The notes under the pieces are model-generated. The model saw only the letters and a program-made list of their open reading frames with translations. It was not told the origin of the DNA and searched no databases. From positions 49,724,001 to 49,788,000 of the forward strand of contig OX597817.1 in assembly GCA_951406725.2 (NCBI GenBank): a stretch of 64,000 nt of DNA, read 5' to 3'. Below are positions 39,655 through 54,805 of the stretch, piece by piece; positions within the stretch are counted from its first letter, which is position 1, and the number at the start of each line of letters is the position of its first letter. The position numbers and the translations under genes were made by a program. Origin of the DNA: Octopus vulgaris (taxonomy: Eukaryota).

Positions 39655-40122
39655 ATAGCCTGGTAGTCATTCCAACAGTCACTTTTGTTGAATCGTTAAG
39701 TTACAGGAACATAAACAAACCAACACTAGTTGACAAGTAGTAGGAGGTGGACAAACTTGAAAGCACACACAAACACGCACACACAATTTCCAACTAACAA
39801 ATTCGGTGGCACGTAAAAAGCACCCACTACACTCTCGGAATGGTTGGCATTAGGAAGGGCATCCAGCTGTAGAAACTCTGGCAAATCAAGATTGGAGCCT
39901 GGTGCAGCCATCTGGTTCGCCAGCCCTCAGTCAAAATCGTCCAACCCATTGCTAGCATGGAAAGCAGATATTAAACGATGATGATGATGATGAAATTCAT
40001 TCACAAGGCATTGGTCAGCCTGGTGCGATAACTGAGGACATTTGTCCAAAATGTCACACTGGGATTGAACCTGAGAGTGTGTGGTTGCAAAGCGAACTTC
40101 TTATCCACACAGCCATGCCTGC
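39655..40122 (-). mobile_element. family-B SINE interrupted by a + strand family-C copy (39805-39992)
   Basis: Family-B halves lie either side of a family-C tail ending in (GAT)n. Confidence 0.65.
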
Positions 40123-40201
40123 TATTATAGAAATGATGTTAATCGTATTAATATTAGTGATGTTAGTTTGCTCTGTATGATTGCCTTTTTTTCTTTTACA
40201 G

Positions 40202-40465
40202 CATTTGGAAATGTTGTGTAAGTCTCACGGAATATCAACAGGTCTCCCTAATGACAGCAGTAGCTTGGCAGTCTTTGCAGATCTTCTCACACCACCTTGT
40301 GGAAAATCCGATACAGATTTGATTATGGAACAAGTCAATAATGGTTTTTCTTCTGTTGGTAGCAGTGCTATGGATGAAGATAGTTCACCTGTCAGTGGAG
40401 ATCCCATGATGTCATCAAATCCCGTCAGTCCATCAATGGATGAAGATGATGACGAACTCATGTAA
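40202..40465 (+). CDS. MITF: MiT/TFE terminal coding exon
   Basis: ttttcttttaCAG acceptor. HLEMLCKSHG...SPVSGDPMMSSNPVSPSMDEDDDELM* resembles MITF ELEMQARAHG...DPLLSSVSP. TAA at 40463-40465. Confidence 0.92.
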   Translation, partial: HLEMLCKSHGISTGLPNDSSSLAVFADLLTPPCGKSDTDLIMEQVNNGFSSVGSSAMDEDSSPVSGDPMMSSNPVSPSMDEDDDELM

Positions 40466-42118
40466 AACCTTCACAGCAAAATTACGGAACATTTTGTAAA
40501 AATGAAAGAAAAAAAAAATTTTTTTAAAGGTCAAAGAAAAGAATAAAGAAAGAATACCAAAAATATGACAAAAAAATAATAAAATAGAAATAAAAGAAGC
40601 AAAAAGAAACACAGAACCAGAGACATTTCTTTTGCTTTCTTCATCCTTTCTTTCTTTATTTCCTTTCCTTAACTCCACCTTGGGTGGATTATTATAAAAC
40701 AAAAACGTCTTGACTGTAAAATACAACAATTGAAATTTATGGACATCATACTGAAAAAAATTCATGTTATTTTTGTTTCCAATATTGTACAAAATATTTC
40801 CAAATTTTCTGTCAACTTCTTTCAAAACATTATTTTATTGAATTTTTTTTTTTTGAAAACAATTTTTTTCTTTCATATTTTTCAAATTTTTTTTTTTAAA
40901 GAAAAAAAAAATACTCCCCTCCTCTCAAAAAATGACTATTTCACAACTAACAGTTTGTATTCTTATCAAACTGTAAATGAGAGAAACACAACTTCATCTT
41001 TATACACACCACAATCCTACGTTTGAAATTTCAAAAGAACACACCCATCTTTACAAGAAAGAAATTGAACCATATGTAAATCATGTTATGGACATAGGAG
41101 AGATTTTGTATTTATTTCTGTGTTTTTGTATTTATATGTATGTATATATGTGTGTATGTGTATGCCTTTGTATACATATATATATATATAAATATTCAGA
41201 ATATTTATATATATATAAATATATATAAATATTCAGAATATTTAAATATATATAAATATTTATATATATATATATATATATTCATATTTATATATAATAA
41301 ACATATATATTGATATATAGACACGCACACACATATATATATATACACATGCACACATGTATATGGTCTCTATTTTAATCTGTTTCTCATTATAAAATCC
41401 TTATTTCCATCTTCCTTCTCCTATTACTACTACTACTATTATTCCTACTACTACTGCTACTACTACAGTGTTATTCTTTTCAAAAACCCTTGTATATGTC
41501 GCAGTGCACACCACCAATGATAACCACCAAAAACCCCAAATCACTGGCCAAAAGCCAATTCAAACCTCATATTTCTTCTGTTTTCATCAACATTTATCTG
41601 GCGATTTTAATTTTACCCATCCATCACTATGGGTACCCACCACCACCAAATCATACAATTTATACAAAAACAAAATAGAACAAACTATTACTCTTTGAGA
41701 ACTATTGATGTCTACTTCTGAAGTAAGAATTTCGAGAAGGTTTTGATAATATACTATCACATGCAATCTACACTAATTCTTCACTATTTGGTCCTGCTGA
41801 CATAGATTCTCTAAACTACAATGGGTAGAAGATATACCATAATGTCTTGTGGTTGATATGATTTTAGGATTTCTTTGAAAAATCATTGATGTCATTAAAC
41901 CATATATATATGTATGTGTATGCGCATGTGTACACATATACATACATATATACGTATATATGTATACTTATAAATTGAGGATATAATCATTTTAATTTTA
42001 ATGATTATATCAGTGGCTAGCATATAAAAATGACCATATCGGTAAAATTAATTTTCTAGTATATAATTATATACTTTAAAAAATATATATATCTGTATGT
42101 ATGTTTTCCAGAAATATG

Positions 42119-42171
<53 letters not shown>

Positions 42172-42460
42172 TTTCCAGAAGGTGACAAACTCAAAAGGAG
42201 TTATCTCAGGCCATTTAAATTAAGTACCCAAAGATAGGCCTTAGAGTGAATAAAATATTTAATCTATAATTGTTATTCTAACTAAATATATTTTATCAGA
42301 ATATGATTATGGATTATATATGCAAACACACACACATAGACGGTACATATTTACATTAATGCATCTCTCTCTTTCTCTATTCATATATATATATATATAT
42401 ATATACATATACAGATATAAATATATATATATATATATATATACACATACATACATATAC

Positions 42461-42517
<57 letters not shown>

Positions 42518-43198
42518 TATGTCATGAAAATTAGTAAAATAGCTGTCCCAATGGTTTAGAACTATGTTTGCTTCTAATAAGAGCCATAGTTAATTATTAT
42601 TTATTTATTTTTTTATTTTTGGTTCTTGATTATTTAAATTATTAATTGCTGATGTATTATGGGTATTCCTGTGGTTGAACTCAGTACAATCAATTTGGTG
42701 TTTGCATTTGATTTCTTAGTATCTCTGATGCCCTCCTACTTGAGTCATTATTTTATTGAAGTATGGGTCTTGTGTGCATGTCAATATGTATATGTTTCTA
42801 TGCTTGTGTGTTTTGTGTGCGTATATGTGTGTGTATATATATATATGTATATGTATATATACACACACAGGTACATATATGTGTGTGTATATGTGTGGAT
42901 ACATACATACACATGTATAGAAATACATTAGGATACATACAGCATAGCATATGAAGAATTTTGTTTTTGAAATTTCATCCAGAAGTATGACATTTTTATT
43001 CGATAATTTTATATATTTTTACATTTATTCATTCATGACAATATTTCACATTCCATACAATTTATGGGTATTTTTTAATTAATGACAACACAGAATTTTT
43101 TTTTAAAATTATGACTTTTCCTTGCTGAGAGCATGCATGTGTATACCAAAACGTTTATACATACATTTATACAGACATATATATATATATAATATGTA

Positions 43199-43229
<31 letters not shown>

Positions 43230-43290
43230 CACTCATGATGCTCATTCCAATGTCAACATGGAAAAGTAGGTATAATGTAATGATAAAAAG

Positions 43291-43324
<34 letters not shown>

Positions 43325-43700
43325 GGTATGTATTAAAGTCACAATGTGTATATTAAGACAATATGTGGGGGACAATTGACAAGGCAGTTTGTATGAAGCT
43401 TACTGCTATTGTTGAGTGTTTAGTGATGCTAATATAAAAACGAAAATACTAGCTGTTTGCATGTGCATGATTGCGTTTGTGTGTGTTTATGTGTGCGTGT
43501 TTGTATAAAGAGAGAATGACTGAGAAAGAGAAATAGTACCAGCTATATATTAGACAATGTCCCAAATATATTGTGGATTGACTAAACATCTTTTCCTTTT
43601 TTTTTTTAAGTTGGTTTATTTTTTATCTGTATAAGAACAACAAGAGCAGTTTCCAATTTAAATGTTTTCTAATATTACGTGACAAGCTACACAACTTGTA

Positions 43701-43706
43701 AATAAA
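43701..43706 (+). terminator. candidate proximal polyadenylation signal
   Basis: AATAAA followed by T/GT-rich sequence at about 43730-43800. The hexamer is common in AT-rich DNA. Confidence 0.3.
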
Positions 43707-44829
43707 CATCAGCATTTGTCAACTTACTGGCTGTTTTGAATTCTATGTTTTTGTTTTTTATTTTATTTATTTTTTCATTTTTTCTTTCTTTTTTTTCATA
43801 ACATTATTATTTACTAACCTGGAAAATCATAAAACTTTGTACTTAAACAGCCCATATTTAGACTCTGTTAATGATTCAACATTCCTTTAAAACCTTGCTA
43901 TTGTATATGCTGCATATGTTATACAACTAATGCACAACAAAAATTAAAACTGCACAAAAAAAAGATTCATACATTTGTTTAAAACGGGTGCATCATTTAT
44001 AAACTTATAGCATTAAAATTGCCAAATGTAGTTATTTGTTATTAGTCTTGCAACAATTACAAAGCTAAAAAAAAATATTAAAATGTATGATTCTCTTTGA
44101 ATAGACAGAAATTGTCCTAAACTTGTCAGGTTTTCACATCCTCAAGAATTCAAGGTGTGTGTATATATGTATGTATGTACAATAGTATTGAACAGTGAGA
44201 ACAAGTGCCCAGCACTGCATTTGGTAATCTCATCCAACACGGATGTGGATTACTAAAAAAGTGGAATGCTTGAAAAATTGCAAACATCCCTCCTGAAACC
44301 ATTGGTAGCATTGTTTATCCAAAACAGAACATTTATGTGTATATACATATATATATTTGTCACAGAAAAATGTTCACATTCTAATGGGTTTTTTTTTTTG
44401 TTTTGTTTTTTTTGTAAATAGACTATTGATATAGATGGGACATTTACGTCTTGATTTTCATCTTTCTAGCTTAAATTCATTCTTAATTGTAGACATAACT
44501 TGCTATGATTCTGTTATAAGCATCTCAGGTAAGATACAATAAAGTGATTTCCAGTTTATGTTATATAGAGAAGCATAAAATCACATACGCCGAAATTGTT
44601 TTTATGATGTTCAAGCTTTTCTCAAGAATATCATAGGATGCTTATGACATCTAAAAATAAAACTAGGCACACAGTCATGGTTTACTGGCTGCTTATTTTC
44701 TACACAGTACTGGTCAAGGTTTTCTAAATATCAAACCTATCTTGTCTCACAGTGAAATATATAATATAATGCAAAACATTTAAAGATATATAAATATATA
44801 TATATGTATGTTGAGGGTCTTGTTAGCCA

Positions 44830-45030
44830 CCTGGTGACATCACTGATGTTGGTGCTACATAAAATGTGCTCAGTACACTCTGTAAAGTCATTGGTATTAG
44901 GAAAGGCAACCGGCCATAGAAACCATGCCAAAGCAGACACTGGAGCTTGGTGCAACCTTCCGGCTCACCAGCTCACATTTAGCCGTCCAACCCATGCCAG
45001 CATGGAAAAAAGACATTAAATGGTAATGAT
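44830..45030 (+). mobile_element. retroposon family C, diverged
   Basis: Diverged consensus match. Confidence 0.65.
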
Positions 45031-45582
45031 GATATCAATGCACACACACACACACACACATATACATCATGCATGTTAACATTAAGCAAACAATTGATAC
45101 AGGTATATGTAGCATATGATGAAGATGTATGCAACATTTGGTACAGCTATACAGGCACAGTATAGCCAAATGGTTAAGAAGTTGCTTTACAACCATATGG
45201 TCCTAGGTTCAGTCCTACTCTGTAGCATTTTGGGTGAATGCTTTTTAGTTTGCTTTAGGTTGCTCCAAAATTTGTGAATGAAATTGGGGAGACGGAAAAT
45301 GTGTGGAAGCCTGCTGGATAGACTGGAATTACCTTTAATTCAAGGTATTACCTTTGTCACACTCTTTCACACTGCTTTTGCTTGAGGGTTATGTTAAGTG
45401 CACATGCACTTATCCATAAAATACGAAGTGCACATGCACTTCATATTTTATGTGTAAGTACTCAGGCACTTATATTTTAATTCAATCAGTTGGTAATTTA
45501 GTCATTTGAAACTAACCAGGATCCAACTACTTCACAATATATAACGAGAATATATATAATATGTGATAAAGGTATATACATT

Positions 45583-45915
45583 ACTTACTTAAGTCCTTCC
45601 CTCCCCATGGAGCATAGGCTATCAATGTCTTTTCTCCGTTGTTCTCGACTCGTGGCTGTCCTTTTCTCTTCCTGGTCTTGGTTTTAAATTGTCCTCATTG
45701 CTTCTGTAAATTTGACTTTTTCTAGGCAGGGGTGTTGGCTCTGTGCAAACCTATTTTTATCTCTTGGGAAGAGGTTGTCCATGATGGTCCAGCATTTATC
45801 TATTGAGTTGTCCAGCATGGGAGACACTACCAGGAGTATGTGCTCCACTGGCAAAGCTGTCAGGGTCATTGAAGTACTCAAGCCACCATATCACAACAAG
45901 GACTAGACCTTCTGG
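45583..45915 (-). mobile_element. non-autonomous RTE-derived element (5' UTR-like part joined to 3' tail)
   Basis: On the minus strand, an RTE 5'UTR-like segment (ccttgttgtgatatggtggcttgagtacttcaatgaccc) is followed shortly by gcctatgctccatgggg and a (TAAG)n tail. Confidence 0.5.
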
Positions 45916-46147
45916 TTGGAAGATATATATGTAATTATAATACAAATATGTAAAACTAATTAACTCTTTCAGTTAATTAGCTTTATATGATATAGTCACT
46001 GGAAAAGAAAATATATATGTTACATTACTAAAAACTAGCAGCAACTAGATAATCAAAACAAAAAAAAAATAGGGAAATGAGAAAGCTTCTTTCTAAGAAA
46101 TAAAGGTTTTAGAGTTAATCCATCATAATTATTAACATTATCATATT

Positions 46148-46592
46148 ACATTATTTACAGTGGATAGTTGTGTGTCTTCATCTTGTTTGTTGTTATCACA
46201 TTTCGGTTAATTTACTCTCCAGCCTTCATCAGGTGTCCTGATGAAATTTGGAACCCAAGCTTGGGTTCTCGTTCCTAAGGTATTTTTTGATGTTGTTATT
46301 ATTATTATTATTAATTCAAGGTACTGCCTGGAATTGAACTCAGAGTCTTGAGATTAGTAGACCGTACTCATAACCACTATTCAAGGCAGTGCTTTGAATG
46401 AATGAATGAATGAATAATAATAATAATCATAATTATAATAATAACATAAAAAAATACCTTAGGAATGAGAACCCATGATTGGGCTCAAAATTCCACTAGG
46501 ATACCTGATGACGGCCAGAGAGTAAATCAGCCAAAACGTTGTGGTAACAACAAACAAGATGAGGACACATGTCCGTCCAATGTAAATAATGT
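46148..46592. mobile_element. head-to-head pair of a tRNA-headed SINE with hammerhead-like tail
   Basis: Inverted arms at about 46148-46334 and 46379-46592. The centre on the minus strand has A/B-box-like TAGTGGTTA...GAGTTCAATTCC. CTGATGA occurs at 46505 (+) and 46232-46226 (-). Confidence 0.65.
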
Positions 46593-46714
46593 TCAGAATT
46601 CTTCACCTCTAAAACATTTAACAGTATTATATTATATCAACTTTGATTTTGTCATGATAGAATTGAAACTGAACTTGGTGTAAGCAACTCCAATCATGGC
46701 TCAGTCACACAGAC

Positions 46715-46933
46715 CTTAGGAGTCAAACTACTCTGTCAAATGTAATGCTTATGTATTCACATTGTTTTGAGTTAATTATGCATTATCTCATAGCTTTGAA
46801 ATGTCAATAATGTAATGGTTATGTTTAGATTGGCATTGTAGGGTAGGTGTGAGAGGTTAGATCTGACCAGTTTGAACATACAACAGGGGAAATATTTGAG
46901 CTGGATATGGTCAGCTTAAATGTTAAAGGATCA
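46715..46933. mobile_element. family-1 MITE, degenerate
   Basis: Internal similarity to 15074-15303. Confidence 0.6.
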
Positions 46934-48265
46934 ACCAATCGATTTTTAATTGTAACAATGTTTCATTTGCTTCCATTGGTGAATTCCCTTACTCGTGACA
47001 TTCGCTTGGAATTAAGAATCTATGCTATAGACTTAGTGTAGCATCTGTGATGGGATACAAGCCATCAACCCTTTATGCAGTAGTTTGAAAAGCACAAATC
47101 CTACACAGACATAGCCAGTTATTATAGCCACTAGTCAATAAGAGCATTTTTTGCATAAGTTCCTATCTTTAATATATTGTTTTAAATATTAGCAAAAAAT
47201 GTGGAAAATTAAATGGATAAAAATAATCTGATTTTAAATTTGCAACAAAATTTATCAAAGATTATCCTCACATCTTTCATTAGGTATTGTTTTATCATTA
47301 TCAAATGTGATTTTTGGTTTGTTCATTTATTTGATTATTGTTTTTGCATGAACTGCAGAAATTTCCAAGTATTGGGTGTCTTTGCATCTATTTGTAGTAT
47401 ATTGTGTTGTTGCCTGATGCAAAAAAAACAAAAATTAATTAATAATGATACATGCAGCAGAGTTTAAATCTTTGATTGATTTAGCCAGTAATCAAATACT
47501 TAATTGAAAAACATTTGCTCTTTTATTCAGCTAATATAAAATTAAATTAATTTTTTTCATTCTATTTGAATCATTTTCATTTTTATTGAAATATTGACAT
47601 TATTTTCTTAAACTCTTTAACTAAAGAGATTTTTACCTTTTTAAATAGGAGTTTTCACATGGAAATTTATCAAAATTTTCTTAAAGATTTAGCTGAAGTG
47701 TCCTGTGTAACACTTTATACTTAAATGCATGAAACCTGTACGGATGCATACATGTTTATAAACGTGTGTGTGAATTGTGAAAGCAAAATTGTTGTTGAAT
47801 AGAACATTGTGTCAAAAGGTGTAGATCCTGATCCATTTTTTTGTTTATGAATATCAAATACTTTCATTTTCAGTTCATTGATACATACAGTTGACTGAAA
47901 GGGTGTCTGAATGGAAGCCATGGCAAATAAATGTAATCTCTGTTTATATCGTGTGTATATATATATATGTTAATGCTTGTTTTTATGTCAAGTTATATAC
48001 ATAAAAACGATTTAGCGTTAAACTAAGGGATTACTCACCACTGTTAGTAGAGTCCATGTTTATTAAAATTTTACAAGGAAAAGTCTGACAGTGAAGTTTC
48101 AACATGTTTACCTTCAAGAATATATGTGTGTGTGTGAGATTGACTGGGTATAATGAAGCTTCCCTTTTTTTTGCTTTTTTCTTTAACATATAATCGATAA
48201 AATTCTACCAAGATTTCATTGGAATTTATTGGTTGATATTAAATATTAGCTATTTTAGAAATAAG

Positions 48266-48303
<38 letters not shown>

Positions 48304-49331
48304 GTTTATGTAGAGGCTGGAATGAAGGAGCTGGGTTTGCTTTCAAGATGCTAAGCAATTTTGTAGACAACTTGGGAAACTGGAACTGGAATATTTATTC
48401 CAGATGAAAAGAAAGCTGTGTAACACCTCTGTCCTTACTTTTAGAGTGAAGGAAATTCTTTTAACAGCTAACATCATATCAGTAATATAGATCAGGTTAA
48501 TTATTGATTAATTAACATTAAGTCAAAAACTATGTAGAGAAATGAATGAGACACCTGGGGGGAGGGTTTCGATTATAACATTTTTCGTATATTTCGCAGT
48601 AATAGGTATGTCTCTTGTCTAAAAGAACATTCTATTTGTTCTTTTCTCATTTTCTGCTAAGTATTCTAACTGATAATAAGTTTCCATTTGTTAACATTTC
48701 TTCTTGGCATCTTGACACAGCTCCACTGAAAGCCTCTACACACAACTAAATGAAAAAACATTTTGATTTTTCTGACAAAACCTTTACTACTTAATAACTT
48801 CTAATTGTTCTTCACCTGTTTCTTCTTGGCCTATGATTTGAAATCTAATTTTAGGGTAACAATAGTTTCAGTTTCATCAGAGTTTCATCAGGAATAAAAA
48901 CTAAATTTTTAAAAATATCTTTTATGCATAAAAACGCAAAAACAAACTTTGCACTCACACTGCTCTATAACTGTTTTCCAATGCAGATATGAAAACATTT
49001 TATTTATTTTTTTATTGCATAAGCCTGGCTCAAATGCTAACAGTTTAATTTCAGTTGTCTGCTCATGAAACAGAGCTGAATTCTGTAAAAATATCTTTAT
49101 AAATCAAGTAACATGATTTAATGCTTGTACCTGCATCTGTGCAATCACTGGATGACATTAATGCCAAATTGATAAACCATTTAACAAATTCATTCTAGTA
49201 AATCTTCTATCTATGCCTGTGAGATTATATCTCAAAGGATGCATCGTAAAATATATTAGACCCATTAACAGTGAAAAAAACTGTCTTTGACAAATTTCCT
49301 TATATTATGAATAAATAGAAGACACAGGATT

Positions 49332-49557
49332 TTAACCCTTTAGCATTAAGATAACTCAATCAATTGCAGTGCTTATTTATTTACATTGTCTTGGACTAAT
49401 CATGCATTATATTTTAATTTCAAGGTTTTGGTGATGATTGTTTATTTTTAGAATGACACTGTAGGAGATGTATTAGAGGCTAAATCTAGCCAGTTTGAAT
49501 GTAAAACAGGTAGAATATTTGGGCCCAATATGGTCAGTTTAAATGCCAAAGGGTTAA
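49332..49557. mobile_element. piggyBac-type MITE, family 1
   Basis: TTAAccctttagc...gccaaagggTTAA. Confidence 0.78.
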
Positions 49558-50789
49558 GGTAATATACTGCCATTATCTTTATGGTTTATTTAAATTGCAA
49601 ACTTAACGACATCATTAGAAGGAGGTTTGAATGATATGGTCATATGAAAGTATATAAATTGTGTGGAAGATTACGTTGTCTATTAAATCTAATCTGTTTG
49701 ATTATTGATTGGTAAAGGCTACAAATCTTATAAATAATAATATGTCCTCAGGGAAATTGGCCTAATGCAAAAAAAAAAAAGATATGAGACCAAATGATGG
49801 TATGTGGACAAGACGAGCAAATAAAGAAATTAATGAAATGTTCTTTTAATTTTGTTTGTCAGTTGTGTAAATGGAAATTTGAAAGGAAAAAAAAAAAAGT
49901 GTGATGTTATATTTTAGTTTCCATTCATGGTATTTATCAAATGATTTGGGTAATTATTTTAAATCAATTTGTTCCAATCGTTTTTTCTTAAAATGTTTTT
50001 TAATGGGATGTCTGAAATTGTTGTGGTTTTTTTGACAGATCATGCATCACCTAGATTTTGTAAACACTTTTATTCTTCATTACAACCGTTTAACCAAAAA
50101 TTAGCATAAGATGCGAATAAAAGTGATTTAAAAGTTACTGACTGAATACACTACTCATAACGCAAATACCTAGATGTTTATTAGAATTTCCTTAAAGTAA
50201 CAACAAAAAAAAAAGAAAAAGAAAAACAAATAAGCATATAAAATAAATTAAAACCATCACAAATTATTGCAAATATTTGGTTCTTCATCTTTGAAATCTT
50301 TTCTTCAATAGTTTTGGTTAAATTCTGTTGAGACTAATTTTGCATCCAACATGTTTACCATTTCTCAAAATTATTAACACCGCATGCATGCAAATTATTT
50401 CACTGCCACTTTCTGCTAAATGTACTGTTTTTCTTTTTTTGTTTTTTGTTTTTTTTTTTGCGTTCTAGTCACAATAGAATGTATGTCTTTTGCACTCATA
50501 TTACACTATTTATAACTGCCACTTCCATCACTAATCATAATGTTCCGATTTGCAAAAATAAAAAAAAATTAAATTAAAAAACAAAACAAAAACCTTTGAA
50601 TACATCTTTAATTGCTCTCTATCAATGCACTGCTTTTTCGTATATCAATTTGTGAAACCTATGTCTATGCTGTTTATTGTCTGTATCATTGCAGCTTGTG
50701 CAACTCTACACTCTTTCTTATCATCCCTAGCTTTTCAATGGGAAATGCAATGTATAAGTGGAATCACTTCTGACATGTTAAAACTTACA

Positions 50790-50804
50790 ATATATATATG
50801 TGTG

Positions 50805-50845
<41 letters not shown>

Positions 50846-51209
50846 ATATATGTATGTATATACAAATATGTATATATAAATATATGCATATATATATAGA
50901 TATATATGTATATACATATGTACATATATATATATGTAGATATATATGTATATATAGATACATATATGTATATATAGATACATATATGTATATACAGATA
51001 TATATATGTATATATATGTATATATATATGTATATGTATATAGATATATATATATGTATATGTATATAGGTATATATATGATGATGATATATGTATATGT
51101 ATATAGATATATATATGTATGTATATAGATATATATATGTATGTATATAGATATATATATATGAATATGTATATAGATATATATATATGCATATATGTAT
51201 ATATATATG

Positions 51210-51240
<31 letters not shown>

Positions 51241-51526
51241 GCTTATATGTATATATATATATAAATATATGTATATACATGTATATATATATATATGTAT
51301 ATATATATATAGATATGTATATATATATATACATACACGTATGTATATATATATATATATACATACACGTATGTATATATATATATACATACACGTATGT
51401 ATATATATATATATATATATACATACACGTATGTATATATATATGAATATATATATACATACGTATATATATACATATATATATACATATGCACACATTA
51501 TATATATATATATGTATACATACATA

Positions 51527-51594
<68 letters not shown>

Positions 51595-51600
51595 TATAAA
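50790..51600. repeat. compound TA-rich microsatellite
   Basis: Direct inspection. Confidence 0.95.
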
Positions 51601-52656
51601 CTGTTCATTACATGGCTGTATGAATGAAATCACTCGTGCACCACTATTGGCATTGAAATTTAGTTTTCTGAAAGGACAATTAAATCAGTTTGTCTTAGTT
51701 TGTAGTCGCTATACAAAATAACTTAACCGTCTATCTAGTAAAGCTTGCCCACAACTGACCAGTGCTCTTTCTCAAATAAAAAGTATGTCATCCACTTAAC
51801 ATTATGACAACCCCCAGTGCTGAGCATCAAGGCTTGTAAGCTTTTGGGACACAAGAAAAGAGTAGCAGAACCTATATTGACTTTATAAATTAATGTATCA
51901 CTCCTATATACTTCAGAAAAAAAAATTTTTCCAAAAACCTCTCAACACAGACTCTACTTATTTCAGTGACAATACTAGTAGTAACAATAATAGCAGTAGT
52001 AATAATAATAATAATGACAACAACAACAATAATAATTATAATAATGACAACAAGAATTATAATAATAATAATAAAATTGTATCAACTAAATTCCGCCAAC
52101 ATATAACTTTTATTTCACTCATTTCATTTCGTTATCGACATCATTATCAGTTATCATTATCATCGCGTACATCTCATTCTCTTTATTCAACATCACCTAA
52201 TGAACAAAGCATTCGTTAGCTTTAATCAAGAATATCTTACTCTGGACATTAAATGAGAATCAGTTTGTTTTTTTTTACTTGTCCATCAAAATTTTAATTT
52301 TTTTTTTTTTTTGAAATTTTATGAATCCCTTCCTGAGGATAATCATTTTATTTTTTTAATTTCTAGGTTTTTTTTTTTTTAAATAATTTGATTGGCACTG
52401 GAATTACTACTTGTACATTCTTCCAATTCTCTCCATAACTGCTGATATTTTTCTCTGGTTTGTTCATCTGTTATATCATTTTATTATTGTCATCTTTACC
52501 ATAAGCATTTCTTATAAGAATACTAACACTCAAACACCATACATGACATATATTTATATATGTAGAATATGTATGTGTTTGGGTGTATCTATATGTGCAT
52601 GTATATGTATGTTTGTATAAAGTTATGTAGACATATATGTATATACATATGTATGC

Positions 52657-53358
<702 letters not shown>

Positions 53359-54453
53359 GACGTGTGTGTGTGTGTAACAAAGTAAATGTTAAGTAAGTTG
53401 TATCTAACCCTCAGGACACAGTTTCATAGCCAGGCAGTCCTTCAGTCTTCCAACAAATATGTTGTCTGAAGAACACAGCTTCTGAAACTTGTGAATATTT
53501 ATTTATCTGACAGTTCTATGTATGCAACTAGTTGTGACATGCTTTTGGCATTCATAGGTTTGTTACAATAGTGTAATGTCTGTGAGAGTATGTATATATA
53601 TATATATATATCATATTTTGTGAAACTTGATTTAGTATTTCTAAATTGAATTTTTCCCTGTAAGTTTGGAATAATATTCCCTCATATTATATATATATAT
53701 ATATAAATGATGATGATATAAATATATATATACATACATGTACTCAGATTATATATGTATGTATGTGTGTGTTTGTGTGTGTATTTTCCATTGATTTGAC
53801 AGATTTAACAAAACAGAAATGAAAAATTTTAAGAGAATGTGAAAAAGAAAAAACTGAAAAAATTTGGATGAGAATATTATTAAATACCATAAAACTTGTG
53901 GTAGATACCATTTTTTGATTATTCCAGTCTGCATTGAGAGAGAAAAGATTTTTTTTTTTTTTGGTTAATCAGACATGTTTGTTTTCCAAACATAATGAAA
54001 ACCTGATTAAATAAATATATTTACAATTTTCACTCAGTAAATTTTTTTTTCTGTACATAAATTATATATGTACTTACGTATGCGTTGTATTATATTATAT
54101 TTTTTAAAAAATGTAATGTATAATTGCATATGTAAATATATTATACACTTAACAATGCAACTATACATATATGTGTTTTGAATGCATACACAGAAACACA
54201 CATGCACACATACAGATCCGGATATGCATGCATACATACATATATACATATATCATGCATACATAAATACATATATATATATATGTATGTATATGTATGT
54301 AGATATGTATAAAAACACATATAATGTGTCAATTTATAAAATATATGTTAATGTATTTTGATATCTGAAAATATGTCTTTGAATTGTATGTGTATATATG
54401 TTAATTTGTATATATACTTGTGTATGTGTGTACATATATCCATAACGTATATA

Positions 54454-54493
<40 letters not shown>

Positions 54494-54714
54494 GGTATAT
54501 GTGTTGACTGTATAAAAGCTTATAAATATATGTATGTATGTGTGTATGTGTATATATTAGATATCTATATATATATATATGAATATTACTTCACCATTTT
54601 TCACCCGTCATCATTGTCGTAAGAATGTTCAATGATGATCAAGTCAATGTTGGAAAATGTTAATGTTTTCATAAAGACGTTGAATTATCCTGAAATTTAC
54701 TATTGAAATTTTGA

Positions 54715-54805
54715 AATAAAATTCCATTTATTCCCTTAACCAAGGAATTTCTTTTGTCAAATTTTTGTGTCTTGGACTCATTTCATACTTGTTGTTGTTG
54801 TTGTT
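54715..54805 (+). terminator. candidate distal polyadenylation signal
   Basis: AATAAA at 54715-54720 followed by T/GT-rich sequence (tttcttttgt, ttttgtgt, ttgttgttg). Coincides with the switch from CpG-poor to CpG-richer DNA. Confidence 0.35.

Noticed and set aside
53410-53500. CTGAAGA...GAAAC (+) and CTGAAGG...GAAAC (-) motifs
   Set aside because: The stems do not pair convincingly. They may be decayed relics but are not supportable.
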